Shown: one piece after another, positions 1-11,201 of the stretch | Numbering within the stretch: the first letter of the stretch is position 1 | Layout of the letters: every line of letters starts with the position of its first letter | NCBI GenBank assembly: GCA_039698055.1 | Contig: JBDKTL010000016.1 | Location: 1 to 64,000, forward strand | Length of the DNA: 64,000 bases | Reading direction: 5' to 3' | Origin: Methanoregula sp. | GTDB taxonomy: Archaea > Halobacteriota > Methanomicrobia > Methanomicrobiales > Methanospirillaceae | The notes under the pieces: model-generated | Database searches by the model: none | What the model saw: only the letters and a program-made list of their open reading frames with translations | Told to the model about the DNA's origin: nothing | Made by a program: the position numbers and the translations under genes

Positions 1-95
1 ACCGCATCAATAACGTCACGATCTACAATGCAAAATGGGAGATTGTAAAAGCTGCCATCGCGGACTATCTGGCTCATCCAAAATACACGCTCTAA
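1..95 (+). CDS. 3' end of an unidentified CDS (partial)
   Basis: Open frame ...RINNVTIYNAKWEIVKAAIADYLAHPKYTL ends in TAA at 93-95, followed by a T-run. Confidence 0.5.
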   Translation, partial: RINNVTIYNAKWEIVKAAIADYLAHPKYTL

Positions 96-251
96 TTTTT
101 TTCTAGATCTTGTGCGTAAGTCCTATGGGTAAAAAAGAACAGTACCAGAGCCCGGCTGTTGTTTTCACGGCATACATCTCCGATAAAGATATGCGTTTTT
201 GGCGACTCCATCTCGCAATCATTAAACACCCCCCCGATCCCATCATTATCT

Positions 252-1538
252 ATGAAACCGGCTGTTCTGCAGGTTGCACTTGACATTTTTGAACTCAAAC
301 GTGCAGTTCCTATTGCACAGGAAGCGATCAGCGGCGGAGCAGAATGGATTGAAGCTGGTACTCCGCTTATCAAGAGTGAGGGCATGCAGGTTATCCGGAC
401 CCTGCGGGATCAGTTTCCTGATGCCACGATTGTGGCGGATATGAAAATTGCCGATACCGGCACCATGGAAGTGGAGATGGCAGCAAAGGCCGGGGCAAAT
501 ATTGTGTGCATTCTTGCCGACGCTGACGATTCAGTCATTGCTGAAGCAGTGCGGGCTGCCCGGCTCTACGGTGTTCGGCTCATGGCAGACCTGATCAATG
601 CCAGGGATCCTGTGCCCCGTGCAAAAATCCTTGAAACAATGGGTGTGGATATCATTGTAGCCCATGTGGGTATCGACCAGCAGATGATCGGGAAAAATTC
701 TCTTGACCTTCTCAACTCTCTACGCGGCGAAGTGCATGTCCCCATTGCTGTTGCCGGGGGTCTTGATGCCGCGACGGCTGGAGAGGCGGTTCAATCCGGT
801 GCCGATATTATTATTGTTGGTGGATGGATTGTCCGTTCAGCAGATGTAGCCGGTTCAACCCGGAAAATCCGGGAAGCAATGGATAATCCGGTGGTTCAAC
901 CCCGGGAAAAAAAGGATCCGGATGAAGAAATATATCTCATTCTTATGCAGGTATCAACTCCCAACATATCTGATGCGATGCACCGCAAAGGGGCTATGCC
1001 GGGTATTATCTCCGTTTGCGGGAATGTGAAGATGGCAGGAAAAGCAGTTACCGTGCAGACGTTTGCCGGTGACTGGGCAAAACCCGTGGAAGCAATTGAC
1101 GTGGCAAAAAACGGTGAGGTTCTTGTCATTAACAACGATGGCGGCATTCACGTCGCACCATGGGGAGAACTGGCAACCTTGAGCGCGATACAAAAAGGTG
1201 TTGCAGGGGTGGTCATCGATGGTGCGGTCAGGGATATTGACGATATCCGTGCAATGAAATTTCCGCTCTTTTCGCGGGCAATTGTACCCAATGCCGGTGA
1301 ACCCAAAGGATTTGGGGAGATCAATACCGAGATAACCTGTGGAGGACAGTATGTCCACCCCGGGGACTGGATTGTCGGTGATGAAAGCGGCGTTGTGGTC
1401 ATTCCTCAGGAACGGGCTTATGAAATAGCACGCAGGGCACTTGAAGTAAAGAAAAACGAGGCACGGATACGCGAAGAAATCCGTCAGGGCAGCACGCTGT
1501 CAACCGTATCAGAACTGATAAAATGGGAAAAAAAATAA
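252..1538 (+). CDS. Bifunctional 3-hexulose-6-phosphate synthase / RraA-like (HMG aldolase family) protein
   Basis: N-half [24 protein letters not shown] (HPS/KGPDC barrel); C-half [39 protein letters not shown] (RraA). Start placed at MKPAVLQ. Confidence 0.9.
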   Translation: MKPAVLQVALDIFELKRAVPIAQEAISGGAEWIEAGTPLIKSEGMQVIRTLRDQFPDATIVADMKIADTGTMEVEMAAKAGANIVCILADADDSVIAEAVRAARLYGVRLMADLINARDPVPRAKILETMGVDIIVAHVGIDQQMIGKNSLDLLNSLRGEVHVPIAVAGGLDAATAGEAVQSGADIIIVGGWIVRSADVAGSTRKIREAMDNPVVQPREKKDPDEEIYLILMQVSTPNISDAMHRKGAMPGIISVCGNVKMAGKAVTVQTFAGDWAKPVEAIDVAKNGEVLVINNDGGIHVAPWGELATLSAIQKGVAGVVIDGAVRDIDDIRAMKFPLFSRAIVPNAGEPKGFGEINTEITCGGQYVHPGDWIVGDESGVVVIPQERAYEIARRALEVKKNEARIREEIRQGSTLSTVSELIKWEKK

Positions 1539-1545
1539 CGAGATA

Positions 1546-1980
1546 TCAGTGAAAAACGGAATGCTCAAGGAGCGTAGCCCCGGATTTCAGGATTTTTTCA
1601 ATTGCGTCATCGATATGGTCAACCCGCAGGATAAGCACGGCAGCCTCCTTGCCGGAATACGCATAGGAATACTCGATGTTGACACCGGCATCCCCAAGCA
1701 CCTTGGCAATCTCAAAAAGACCGCCGGGTTTGTCTTTCATCTGCACGGCGATAACGTCCGTGAATGCGACATTAAACCCGCGCGACGTCAGTTTATCATA
1801 GGCTTTTTCGGGATGATCGACCAGTGCCCTTACAACCCCAAACCCGTTCGCTTCCGCTATGCTGAAGGCAAGAATATTCACATTCTCCTCACCCAGAGCC
1901 TGTGCAATGGATGCAAGACGGCCCGGGCGGTTTTCAGAGAATATCGAAATCTGTCTGATGACAAATTTTTGTGCGTCCAT
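1546..1980 (-). CDS. ACT-domain protein
   Basis: QISIFSENRPGRL and DKPGGL tandem ACT repeats; the usual partner of phenylacetate-CoA ligases. Confidence 0.9.
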   Translation of the reverse strand: MDAQKFVIRQISIFSENRPGRLASIAQALGEENVNILAFSIAEANGFGVVRALVDHPEKAYDKLTSRGFNVAFTDVIAVQMKDKPGGLFEIAKVLGDAGVNIEYSYAYSGKEAAVLILRVDHIDDAIEKILKSGATLLEHSVFH

Positions 1981-3285
1981 TTATAACGACCTCTTATCAA
2001 TAACTTTCTTAGACTTCCCTTCAAACCGGGGAAGTGATCCTGGTTCTACTAACTCAACAGCGACAGCAACGTTCAGTGCATTTTTTATCCGGTGTTCGAC
2101 TTTACTACGGATCTGCATCAGGTCAGTAATTTTGTCACTGAATGATTCTTTGTTCAGTTCAACACGGACAAGCATATCGTCAAGAGCGCCGGTCCGTTCA
2201 ACAACTATCTGGAAATGCTGGCCGACTTCGGGAATTCCCATGAGTGCATACTCTATCTGCGATGGGAATACATTGATTCCCCGGATAATCAGCATGTCAT
2301 CTACCCTTCCTGTTATGCGCTGAATACGCGGATGTGTCCTGCCGCAGGCACACACTTCATCATTCATGCTTGAGATATCCCCAATCCGGTACCGGATCAT
2401 GGGGAGCGCTTCTTTCTGGAGCATGGTGATTGTAAGTTCACCTCTCTCCCCCGGTTCGAGGGGCTCTTGTGTCTTTGGATCGATTACTTCAACAAGTGCG
2501 ATATCTGACCAGATATGGAAACCTTTCTGTTCTGCGCACTCGGTAAACATTGGCCCGGACAGTTCACTTGTGCCATAGATGTCATATGCCCGGATACCCA
2601 GCCAGTCTTGGATTCTCTTTCGCATTCCCTCCGTCCAAGGCTCTGCACCAAGGATGCCGGCGCGCAGTTTTGTATCTGTTTTGATATTAATTCCCATCTT
2701 TTCTGCAACTTCACCAATGTGCAGCAGGTACGAGGGTGTGCAGGCGATTGCGGTTGCGCCCAGATCCTGCATGAGTTCAACCTGGCGCTCAGTGTTCCCG
2801 ACACTTGTGGGGAGGACGGTTGCACCAATCCGTTCGGCACCGTAGTGCATGCCAAGCCCACCAGTGAATAACCCATAACCATAACTCACCTGGATAACAT
2901 CTCCCCTTCCTAAACCAATCGAAGTCAGCCCCCGGGCGATTGATGTAGTCCATGCGTCCAGGTCCTTCTGGGTATAAGCGACGACGGTTGGTTTACCTGT
3001 CGTGCCGGAAGATACATGGTATCGTACGAGTTCATCCTGGGATGCAGTAAAAATTTTATCCGGGTAATTATCCCGCAGATCCCGCTTGAACATAAATGGG
3101 AGTTTTTTTACGTCGGATAGTTCCCGGATATCATCGGGATGAACGTTCTGTTGTTTCATCCGGTCATGATAAAAGGGAGAAAAACTGTACAACCGATACA
3201 CTAAACTTTTCAGTAATTTGTATTGCATCTTCTGGAGATCTTCTTTACCCATCTCCTCAATACGCGGATCCCAGCACCTCATCAC
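1981..3285 (-). CDS. Phenylacetate-CoA ligase / coenzyme F390 synthetase family
   Basis: SSGTTGKPT, YGLFTGGLG, YGTSE, RYRIGD, GRVDDMLIIRGINVFPSQIE. Confidence 0.93.
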   Translation of the reverse strand: MMRCWDPRIEEMGKEDLQKMQYKLLKSLVYRLYSFSPFYHDRMKQQNVHPDDIRELSDVKKLPFMFKRDLRDNYPDKIFTASQDELVRYHVSSGTTGKPTVVAYTQKDLDAWTTSIARGLTSIGLGRGDVIQVSYGYGLFTGGLGMHYGAERIGATVLPTSVGNTERQVELMQDLGATAIACTPSYLLHIGEVAEKMGINIKTDTKLRAGILGAEPWTEGMRKRIQDWLGIRAYDIYGTSELSGPMFTECAEQKGFHIWSDIALVEVIDPKTQEPLEPGERGELTITMLQKEALPMIRYRIGDISSMNDEVCACGRTHPRIQRITGRVDDMLIIRGINVFPSQIEYALMGIPEVGQHFQIVVERTGALDDMLVRVELNKESFSDKITDLMQIRSKVEHRIKNALNVAVAVELVEPGSLPRFEGKSKKVIDKRSL

Positions 3286-4577
3286 ATGTCCCCTCTGCGG
3301 TCGATAACTCGTTTTGCTTTTCCTTCAAATCGTGGCAGCGAACCCGGCTCAACCAGTTTTACCGTCGTTCTCAGTTCTAGAACGTCGTGGAGTTCCTTAA
3401 CAACTTTTTTCTGGAGTTTTGCAAGGTCCGCAAGTTCGCCACTGAAATATTGCCTGTTGATCTCTACTTCAACAGTCATTTCGTCAAGATGATTAATTCT
3501 ATCGATATATACCATAAACTGATTGCCCACTTCGGGTATTTTGAGGAGCACATGTTCTATCTGGGAGGGGAAGACGTTGATGCCCCTGATGACGAGCATA
3601 TCGTCGCTTCTGCCGGTGATGCGCTGGATTTTTTTTCCCCTGCTGCACAGACATCCATCTTTCATGAGCATGGTGACATCCCCGGTTCGGTATCGTAACA
3701 GGGGCATTGCCTCTTTGACAAGCGGAGTGACAACAAGTTCACCCCGTTCGCCATCAGAAAGACGTTCACCGGTTTTTGGATCGATAATCTCGACGAGATA
3801 ACTGTCATGCCAGATATGGAGCCCGTCACGCTCCGGGCATTCAAAGGCAACACCCGGGCCGAATAATTCGCTCAACCCATACGAATCGTACGCGGTAACG
3901 CCAAGCCGTGCTTCAAGAGTATGACGCATGGTTTCTGACCAGGGTTCAGCACCAAATATCCCGGTTTTCAGGCTGTCCAGCGTAACATCCATTTCTTCAG
4001 CGACTTCGGAAAGATGCATGGCATAACTGGGGGTACAGTGGATCGTAGTAACGCCAAAATCGCGGATCATCTCGATTTGGCGCCGTGTATTGCCCGTGGC
4101 ACTGGGAATCACGGTCATTCCTATTTTTTCTGCGCCGTAATGGAATCCAAGGCCTCCGGTAAACATACCGTAATTGACCATGTTCTGGAATACATCGTTC
4201 TCGCCGATCCCGATCATGGTCATGTTGCGGGCAATCAGGTTTGCCCACGTATCCAGATCTCCCTTGGTATACCCGACAACAGTTGGTTTCCCTGTTGTCC
4301 CTGAAGTCGTATGAATCCGCACAATCTTTTTTAAGGGGACGGCAAAAAAACCGAAGGGATACCCGTCACGGAGATCCTGTTTTTTTGTAAACGGTATTTT
4401 CTGGATATCGTCAAGGGTTTTTATTGCGGTATTTTTTAGCCCGGTACTATTAAGACGATTTCGGTAAAATTCTACGTTTTGCACCTGGTGCAGGGTTTTT
4501 TTCAGGCGCCTGAGCTGAAGATCCTGAAGATCAGCAGGCTTCATTGTTTCATTTTTCTTATCCCAAAACATCTGCAT
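3282..4577 (-). CDS. Phenylacetate-CoA ligase / coenzyme F390 synthetase family (paralog)
   Basis: TSGTTGKPT, YGLSE, RYRTGD, GRSDDMLVIRGINVFPSQIE; overlaps the downstream paralog by 4 bp. Confidence 0.93.
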   Translation of the reverse strand: MQMFWDKKNETMKPADLQDLQLRRLKKTLHQVQNVEFYRNRLNSTGLKNTAIKTLDDIQKIPFTKKQDLRDGYPFGFFAVPLKKIVRIHTTSGTTGKPTVVGYTKGDLDTWANLIARNMTMIGIGENDVFQNMVNYGMFTGGLGFHYGAEKIGMTVIPSATGNTRRQIEMIRDFGVTTIHCTPSYAMHLSEVAEEMDVTLDSLKTGIFGAEPWSETMRHTLEARLGVTAYDSYGLSELFGPGVAFECPERDGLHIWHDSYLVEIIDPKTGERLSDGERGELVVTPLVKEAMPLLRYRTGDVTMLMKDGCLCSRGKKIQRITGRSDDMLVIRGINVFPSQIEHVLLKIPEVGNQFMVYIDRINHLDEMTVEVEINRQYFSGELADLAKLQKKVVKELHDVLELRTTVKLVEPGSLPRFEGKAKRVIDRRGDM

Positions 4578-4784
4578 CCTCTGTTATGCTATCGCATGAC
4601 ATCGTACCTATGTACCATTATAAGTTTTATATTTCATTATTTCAAAAAAATGCATCGAATTCGCATTCATCGTGCATTTCAGGACAATTCCCTTTTTTTG
4701 CTGTGTCGACGGTACAAAACGATGCCTTAATCAGGGAAAAAGGGGCAGTAATTAGATTAATTTCATATTGCATGTACGGAATTT

Positions 4785-5717
4785 ATGTCGCAAGATATAC
4801 CCTGGCTGACGGTATACGGATTTGGTGCCCATATCAAGTCCACACAAAAAAAACTCATTATTCTCAATAAAGGAGTGGAAGCTGAATATCCGCTCGAGGC
4901 GGTGCGTCATCTTCTGGTAATAGGCGGTCATACACTGAACTCCACCACGATCTCTCACTTGATCAGGAATGGTGCGTATCTCTCATTTTTTGAACCGGAC
5001 GGAACCCCGGTAGGGACAATAAGACCCTTTGGGGGGATGAACCCCGGTGAACAAATAACCCTGCAACAAACTATCCCGCGTCATCGCTATGCCATTATGA
5101 TAGCAGAATCTGCCCTTCGCTCCCGGTTGCTTGCCCTTCACCGTCTTGAAGAAAAAAATGAGAGAACTTTATTTTATGAGGGAGAATCCCAATTCCTCCA
5201 CAAGTCGCTTGAGGAACTGGAATACCTGATAAAATTAGATGAAATCCGCAGGTTGTCGCGGCTGAGTTCGGATATGTATTATGAGATCCTGTCACGGGAT
5301 CTGCCGGAGAAATTCGGTTACCGGAGACGCTCGGCGCCTCCGCATTGTGATGTCGTGAATGCGATGATGTCATTTGGGTATGCGATGCTCTTTGGTAATT
5401 GCTGCATTTCAATTATTGGTGCAAACCTGGACCCTGATATAGGTATGTTGCACGAAGGACACGGTGCGTTGGTTTATGATCTGATGGAACCATTCAAGGC
5501 TGAAATGATAGACCCCGTTGTATGCAGGTTCGCACAGGATGAGATTGGACCTGACGATTTTGAACTGACGCCAACCCGGTGTATGTTGTCCGATGATCTG
5601 GCCAAACGTTTGATCGTGGTCTTCCAGAATACCCTTGACCGGAATAAGATCGATAAGCAGGTGGATAATTTCTCAAAATCCATAAGAAAGACCGAAGAGT
5701 TCAAAGTGATGTACTAA
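4785..5717 (+). CDS. cas1: Solo Cas1 homolog, not CRISPR-associated, probably catalytically altered
   Basis: N-terminal beta domain, NAMMSFGYAML, LDPDIGMLH, LVYDLMEPFK; the usual EG..A..YF glutamate position reads RRLSRLSSDMYY; no cas2 or array nearby. Confidence 0.85.
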   Translation: MSQDIPWLTVYGFGAHIKSTQKKLIILNKGVEAEYPLEAVRHLLVIGGHTLNSTTISHLIRNGAYLSFFEPDGTPVGTIRPFGGMNPGEQITLQQTIPRHRYAIMIAESALRSRLLALHRLEEKNERTLFYEGESQFLHKSLEELEYLIKLDEIRRLSRLSSDMYYEILSRDLPEKFGYRRRSAPPHCDVVNAMMSFGYAMLFGNCCISIIGANLDPDIGMLHEGHGALVYDLMEPFKAEMIDPVVCRFAQDEIGPDDFELTPTRCMLSDDLAKRLIVVFQNTLDRNKIDKQVDNFSKSIRKTEEFKVMY

Positions 5718-5994
5718 TACGGCCTTCGTTTTTGATGATGGAAAAATCCTCAAAATCCTGTAAGGTCAGTTCATGTGTTTTTATATCCCTGACAACTGCT
5801 CGCGGGCAGCTATAAAGCATGGAAATGAATTTTTCAAGGATCATCGGGTCCGATGTGGCAAATATCTGGACTTTCCCGTCGGGAAGGTTCATGACTGTTC
5901 CGGTGATATTTAAATTAGTGGCGATTCTTCGCGCACAGGCACGGAAACCTACGCGCTGAACCCGCCCTGAAATCAGGATTTCAAGGGTTATCAT
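5701..5994 (-). CDS. Acylphosphatase
   Basis: ISGRVQRVGFR, GTVMNLPDGKVQI. Confidence 0.85.
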   Translation of the reverse strand: MITLEILISGRVQRVGFRACARRIATNLNITGTVMNLPDGKVQIFATSDPMILEKFISMLYSCPRAVVRDIKTHELTLQDFEDFSIIKNEGRISTSL

Positions 5995-8900
5995 GGCTCC
6001 GGCCTCTGCATAATCCTGATGGCGAGTCCAAGTTCATTGAATACCTCATCCCTGAGTGCAGACTGACGGATATTTGTTGCCGCATCCATTGCGTCATCAA
6101 GAATATCCTGCGATTCAGTCTCATAGCCTGCTGCCGATATTCTCATGGCGATATCACAGAGAATATAGGCCCGTCGTGAAAGCGGGCGGATAATTGCTGC
6201 CTCTTTGACGGCATTCTGCAACATTTTTCTTGATAATTTCTGTTCGCCGTTGTTCCTGGAAAGGATAGCCAGATTACAGAAAAATGTGGCCTCTTTTCCC
6301 CGGTCAGCAACAGACCTGACCAGCCGTTCAAGTGAGGCAACGTTATTTGGTTGTACCCCATTTGAAATCATTTTTATGTAAAGCATCTTAATTTTGACAT
6401 ATACTGAGAGGTGTTCTGGCAGTTCTCCATACCCCATCTTGTGCAGGCACTGGATCTGCAACTGGTCGTCTTCAATGGTTTTAATGACACTGATTGCCGC
6501 ATCGAACACTGTTTTTTCCGCGCTTTGATGGTGAAACATGGAATACATTCTCACAATATTCTCCCGGATTGTGTCTGCAATATAGGGTATGTTGATTTTT
6601 TCCGATAGATGTTCTGCATTACGGAGCAGGGATAACGCGATTTTATCATGAGAGCTCTGTAATGCAAGTGGAATTATTTTCAGGATCATTGAGGCCCTGT
6701 CATAGGGGAATGTAATCTTTTCAGCAGATTTCGACATTTGTCTGATAAGAGAAACAAACCGCTCTTTATCGGATCGAATCATTTCAGAGGCTGCAATAAG
6801 AGCATCGATGTATTCCTCTGGATCTGAGATATTGGCAATGATCTGGAGCGCAAGATCAATCCATGACAGATCTGGTTGGATGTCATTAAGGCGTACGAGG
6901 GCATACACCATCTGGCGGCGTGCCATCGTATCAGCACCGGGTTCGACGTTTTTTAACAGGAGCAATCCTTTTTCAAGGGATAATTTTGCCTTTTCTCTGT
7001 CATGATGACTATAGACTATCGTGAGATCTGCAAGGACCATAATTTTTTGATAGTTGGTCCCAAGTCCCAAAACAGAATCCCAGACTTCCTGCAGGACCCT
7101 GTTTGCATGTTCATTATCCTGTAATCTGATGCAGGTATCTGCCAAGTTGCACATGCCGTTTAATTTTATGTACGGATCGCTGATCTTTTTGAGGAGCTGG
7201 TATTTCAGATCGATCAGCACCGGATTTAATTTTGAATGAGGGTTTATCTGGATGAGAAATGCGAGGTTCTCATAGGGATCCGGAGAATCCGGATGGGCGA
7301 TATATTCGTTGAGACTGGTGACGATCCGCGACATCATCGCGTCACGCTCGAATGAATTTTCTATTTCAACAGAAAACAGGGTGAGGGGTATGACGTAGTC
7401 GGAATTTGAGCTGGAACGAGAATACACCAGAATCGCATCGATCATTCCAGCGATTTTTAATGAGATTTGCGGTTTTTTCATCTCGTTTTTTAGTATTTCC
7501 AGTCCACGAATGAACGGTTGAAGAACTGTTGGATCATCCAGATTGCAGAGCTGGCGAGGGGTGCTTTTCAGGATGTTGCATCCAATCCTGACAAAACACT
7601 CGGCAATTCTCTCGCACATCTGCATTTTTAATGAGGGATCGTTGATATCCTTTGCTATCAGATATGCTTCTTCCAGTGCGTCAGGTGATCGTGTATCGGT
7701 TGCATATTTGATGATACCTTCAATGATATTTGCCATCGTATATGCGACAAGACTGGCATCCAGAAGAGAACTGCTCCAGACTCTCATTCGCAGGAGAAGA
7801 TCGAGGTCGCCCTGCAATGCGGCAAGCAGCGATGCTTCGTCAATGATGCTGCTGAGGGTTGCTGAACGTGTATTCTGATCTTCTATGAGACAGGTTATAC
7901 CTACTGCTCTCTGGAGAAAATCGCGGTTTTTTGTCCTGACCCCGATCTTTGCAATTTTTATGACAATGGTAGAGATAGCCCTTTCTTTAACTGCAGAATC
8001 CGTGATCGATTCGGCAAGTCTGACAAGGATCGTTGAATCCTGCGAATCAAGAAATCCCCGGTTGATAATCATCGTAATGCTGTCAAGGATTATCTGATCG
8101 TGGCCGGGATGCATGAGAATGAGTTCCTTGTATGAATCCAGATGGTTTACGATATCGGCCATGAGGGCATCGCGGTTTACTTCTGTTATCGTTTTTATTA
8201 TTGCCGGCAATACAATCGTGTCATCCTGTGTTTTCAACAGGCTTTCGTATACCTGGGAAATTGCATCATTGAAGATACCATATTTCAGGAGCACAGACAG
8301 GCAATCGATAAATTGTGCCAGATTTTCTGTTTTATTTCTGACGTTTTCAAGCATGCCGATCGAGCGGGAATAATCGTCACATGCAAGCATTATCTGTGAA
8401 AATTGAAGGTAAATTCTGGAAGAGTCGCTGGCATTGCACGTTTTCTCGATAAGTGGCATGAGATCCGAGAGAACGGTCATATCTTTTGTGTGTCGTGCAA
8501 TGGCCATTCCGGCACGAACGATCTCGCGGAGTGGATATTTTCCTTCTTTTGGAAGAAATTTTTGCAGTTCTGTTGCATAGACAAGGTACCAGTTGTCTCC
8601 GGATTTTTCTGCTTTTTTTAGGAGTGCCAGAATAACGGTTTCACTTGCAAAAGGCATGGTGATGCATGTTTTTTCAAGGATTGCCGTTATCGGGAACATG
8701 TCTTTGCTTCTTTCAAGCACCTGCTCTGTGAGGGCATGGATGATCTCCCGCTGCAATTCTGTATTCACATCTGCAAAATGCTGGAGAACTGCCGGGATAT
8801 CCAGGAGATCTTTTGCAAAACCCGATTTAGCGCCGTTTTCGATGATAGATTCAATACACTCCTGTCTCCGAATCTTCTGGTGAATGTCGGTTGAACTGTG

Positions 8901-9554
8901 AATGCTCTGGTAAAAAAGTGAAATATCTTTTTCAAGGATAGCGATGGCGCCCATTGCCATTGCGATATCTGCGTGCAGCACTGCTCGTTTTGAGATATCG
9001 CTGATCTCGTTAATAAGATCAAGTGATTGAACAAGGAGACCAACATTTTTACTGGTAACCGCCCGGACGATGAGAAGCGGGATGATATCAATCATGCTTT
9101 CAGATCGGTATTTTTGAAAACCGATTTCGTCAAGCATCGTCATACCCTGTTCGATGAGCGAGGCATCCGATCGGTTCACACCACTTGCAATAAGATCCTG
9201 TGCCATTACAGCAAAAATTTTTGATTGCGTACTTTTCTTTTTGATTTTTTGAGAGAGCATGAAAACAGAATTGAGCCATTGTGTGTCATTTGTCTGAATA
9301 TATTGCCCGATCATCCGGGAAAAAAGGGTTTCCATGTGAGAATTGTCGATCTCTGAAAGATATTCCAGCAAACCGGGTTTATTGTACCTGAACGCGGTAT
9401 CAATAATGACCGTTTGAATTTCACCGAGATGCGCCTTTCGTGCCCGGTTGCTGTTTGTCCCCCCGACCTCAGATCTGAACAAATCTAAAGATAATGCTGA
9501 TCCATTCAACAGTGCGTTTCTCATCTTTTCTGTAATTTCTGCAGACAAAACCAT
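5991..9554 (-). CDS. Large alpha-helical repeat (HEAT/TPR-like solenoid) hypothetical protein, 1187 aa
   Basis: Long ORF with recurring motifs of about 40 aa, like A..I.D...R...L..I; no catalytic motif recognised. Confidence 0.75.
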   Translation of the reverse strand: MVLSAEITEKMRNALLNGSALSLDLFRSEVGGTNSNRARKAHLGEIQTVIIDTAFRYNKPGLLEYLSEIDNSHMETLFSRMIGQYIQTNDTQWLNSVFMLSQKIKKKSTQSKIFAVMAQDLIASGVNRSDASLIEQGMTMLDEIGFQKYRSESMIDIIPLLIVRAVTSKNVGLLVQSLDLINEISDISKRAVLHADIAMAMGAIAILEKDISLFYQSIHSSTDIHQKIRRQECIESIIENGAKSGFAKDLLDIPAVLQHFADVNTELQREIIHALTEQVLERSKDMFPITAILEKTCITMPFASETVILALLKKAEKSGDNWYLVYATELQKFLPKEGKYPLREIVRAGMAIARHTKDMTVLSDLMPLIEKTCNASDSSRIYLQFSQIMLACDDYSRSIGMLENVRNKTENLAQFIDCLSVLLKYGIFNDAISQVYESLLKTQDDTIVLPAIIKTITEVNRDALMADIVNHLDSYKELILMHPGHDQIILDSITMIINRGFLDSQDSTILVRLAESITDSAVKERAISTIVIKIAKIGVRTKNRDFLQRAVGITCLIEDQNTRSATLSSIIDEASLLAALQGDLDLLLRMRVWSSSLLDASLVAYTMANIIEGIIKYATDTRSPDALEEAYLIAKDINDPSLKMQMCERIAECFVRIGCNILKSTPRQLCNLDDPTVLQPFIRGLEILKNEMKKPQISLKIAGMIDAILVYSRSSSNSDYVIPLTLFSVEIENSFERDAMMSRIVTSLNEYIAHPDSPDPYENLAFLIQINPHSKLNPVLIDLKYQLLKKISDPYIKLNGMCNLADTCIRLQDNEHANRVLQEVWDSVLGLGTNYQKIMVLADLTIVYSHHDREKAKLSLEKGLLLLKNVEPGADTMARRQMVYALVRLNDIQPDLSWIDLALQIIANISDPEEYIDALIAASEMIRSDKERFVSLIRQMSKSAEKITFPYDRASMILKIIPLALQSSHDKIALSLLRNAEHLSEKINIPYIADTIRENIVRMYSMFHHQSAEKTVFDAAISVIKTIEDDQLQIQCLHKMGYGELPEHLSVYVKIKMLYIKMISNGVQPNNVASLERLVRSVADRGKEATFFCNLAILSRNNGEQKLSRKMLQNAVKEAAIIRPLSRRAYILCDIAMRISAAGYETESQDILDDAMDAATNIRQSALRDEVFNELGLAIRIMQRPEP

Positions 9555-9800
9555 TTATATATCCTGTATGCAAATCGCTCTGGCAGAGTCAAATAGATTA
9601 AAATACTAAATAAATCTTTTGGTTTTAATTGTGAAATGAATTTCATCGATTTTTACATATAACTTAAAATTTGGAGATTTTTTGGTGTTTAAATAAAAAT
9701 TTTTGTTTAATTGATAACCGGGAAATTCGGATATGATTTTTTGTGTTGGGGGAGGATTAACCGGCAAGTTTACTGCACCAGAATTTTCGGCAGAGAAAAA

Positions 9801-11180
9801 TTACGATGGGGGAATGGTGCCCAGTACGAGGGAAATCTCCCGTTTCAATTCATCAAATAATATCATTCCCTGCTCACGGTTATCGGCATCGATGGTGATC
9901 CGGATCAAGGGTTCGGTACCGGAAACTCGTACAAGGGCCCAGCAATTTCCTCGTTTTAGTTTCAGGCCATCAGTATAGTCAAGTGATTCGTGAGAATATT
10001 TTTTAGTCAGATAATTAACTATTTGCAGCCCATATGGCGTTGCGATCTTATCTTTTATCATCTGTCGCTGCGGCAGCTGCTGAACCAGTGATGACAGGCT
10101 CATGTGCCGGCCGGCAAGGATCGCCACCATCATCGCGGCAGTCATTGCGCCATCCCGGCAGAACTGGTGGTTGGGGAAGATCAGGCCACCATTTCCCTCC
10201 CCACCAAATATTACTGTTTTACCACTATCGATAAGACTCCGCATGGTTCGAGCGACATAGATACTTCCCACCGCAGTGTACATCACAGAGCTTCCAGCCT
10301 TATTTGCCACCATCTCGACAACCTGTGAGGTACTTACTGGAGTAACAATGAGCCCTCTCGCAGTTTGAGTAATATACTGCACCATAAGTGCAAATTCCTG
10401 GTTTTCTTCAACGAATTGACCGGTTTCATCAACAAATACTGCCCGGTCTGCGTCACCATCATGAGCCACACCAAATGCTGCCTTGCTTGCCACAACCATG
10501 GATGAAAGATTTTTGAGACCTTCCGGCGAGGGTTCTGGCAGTCGGCCGGGAAACGTGCCATCCATTATTCCATTTATTGTGAGCACTTTACATCCCATTG
10601 CCCGGAGAATTTCTGGAGTTGTTTTACAGGCTGGACCGGACCCGGGGTCAACAACAACCGTGATACCAGCGCCAGGTTTACTGGGGAAATGGTTTACAAT
10701 TGCGTCAATGTATTCATCGATGAGGTGATGGGCAATGATCTCTTTTCCAACCAGATTCCATGATTTTAATGGAGGTGTATGATCAAAAACAAGGGATTCG
10801 ATTTTAAGGGTCTCTTCATCCCCCATCTCAGTGCCATCCGGTTCAATAATTTTTACACCATTATATTCGGGTGGATTATGGGAAGCGGTGATCATCGCCC
10901 CGCCGTCATAATGCTCCTTTACAAGATATTGGAGGGCGGGAGTTGGCAAAATACCGCAATCGACAACATCACAGCCGGTAGCAAGCAGTCCTGCCTTCAT
11001 CGCCATAATGAGGGTTTCTCCAGAAGTCCTCGTATCTCTGCCCACGGCAATGCGTCCTTTTCGCAATGTCCCCAGTGCTTCCCCAATATGGAGTACCAGA
11101 TCCGGCGTGACTTCTTTACCTATGACGCCCCGCACACCATTTGTGCCGAACAACCGTTTTTGCATCTTTTTTGCGACCAT
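9801..11180 (-). CDS. Phosphohexomutase (phosphoglucosamine mutase / PMM-PGM family)
   Basis: LFGTNGVRG, ITASHNP, HDGDADR, GGEGNGG, RVSGTEPLIRI. Confidence 0.92.
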   Translation of the reverse strand: MVAKKMQKRLFGTNGVRGVIGKEVTPDLVLHIGEALGTLRKGRIAVGRDTRTSGETLIMAMKAGLLATGCDVVDCGILPTPALQYLVKEHYDGGAMITASHNPPEYNGVKIIEPDGTEMGDEETLKIESLVFDHTPPLKSWNLVGKEIIAHHLIDEYIDAIVNHFPSKPGAGITVVVDPGSGPACKTTPEILRAMGCKVLTINGIMDGTFPGRLPEPSPEGLKNLSSMVVASKAAFGVAHDGDADRAVFVDETGQFVEENQEFALMVQYITQTARGLIVTPVSTSQVVEMVANKAGSSVMYTAVGSIYVARTMRSLIDSGKTVIFGGEGNGGLIFPNHQFCRDGAMTAAMMVAILAGRHMSLSSLVQQLPQRQMIKDKIATPYGLQIVNYLTKKYSHESLDYTDGLKLKRGNCWALVRVSGTEPLIRITIDADNREQGMILFDELKREISLVLGTIPPS

Positions 11181-11201
11181 TGTCCTTTAGATCCATCAGG
11201 T

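Noticed and set aside
4578-5717. CRISPR-Cas locus or casposon around cas1
   Set aside because: No repeat-spacer array, cas2, PolB or terminal inverted repeats seen; the neighbours are housekeeping genes
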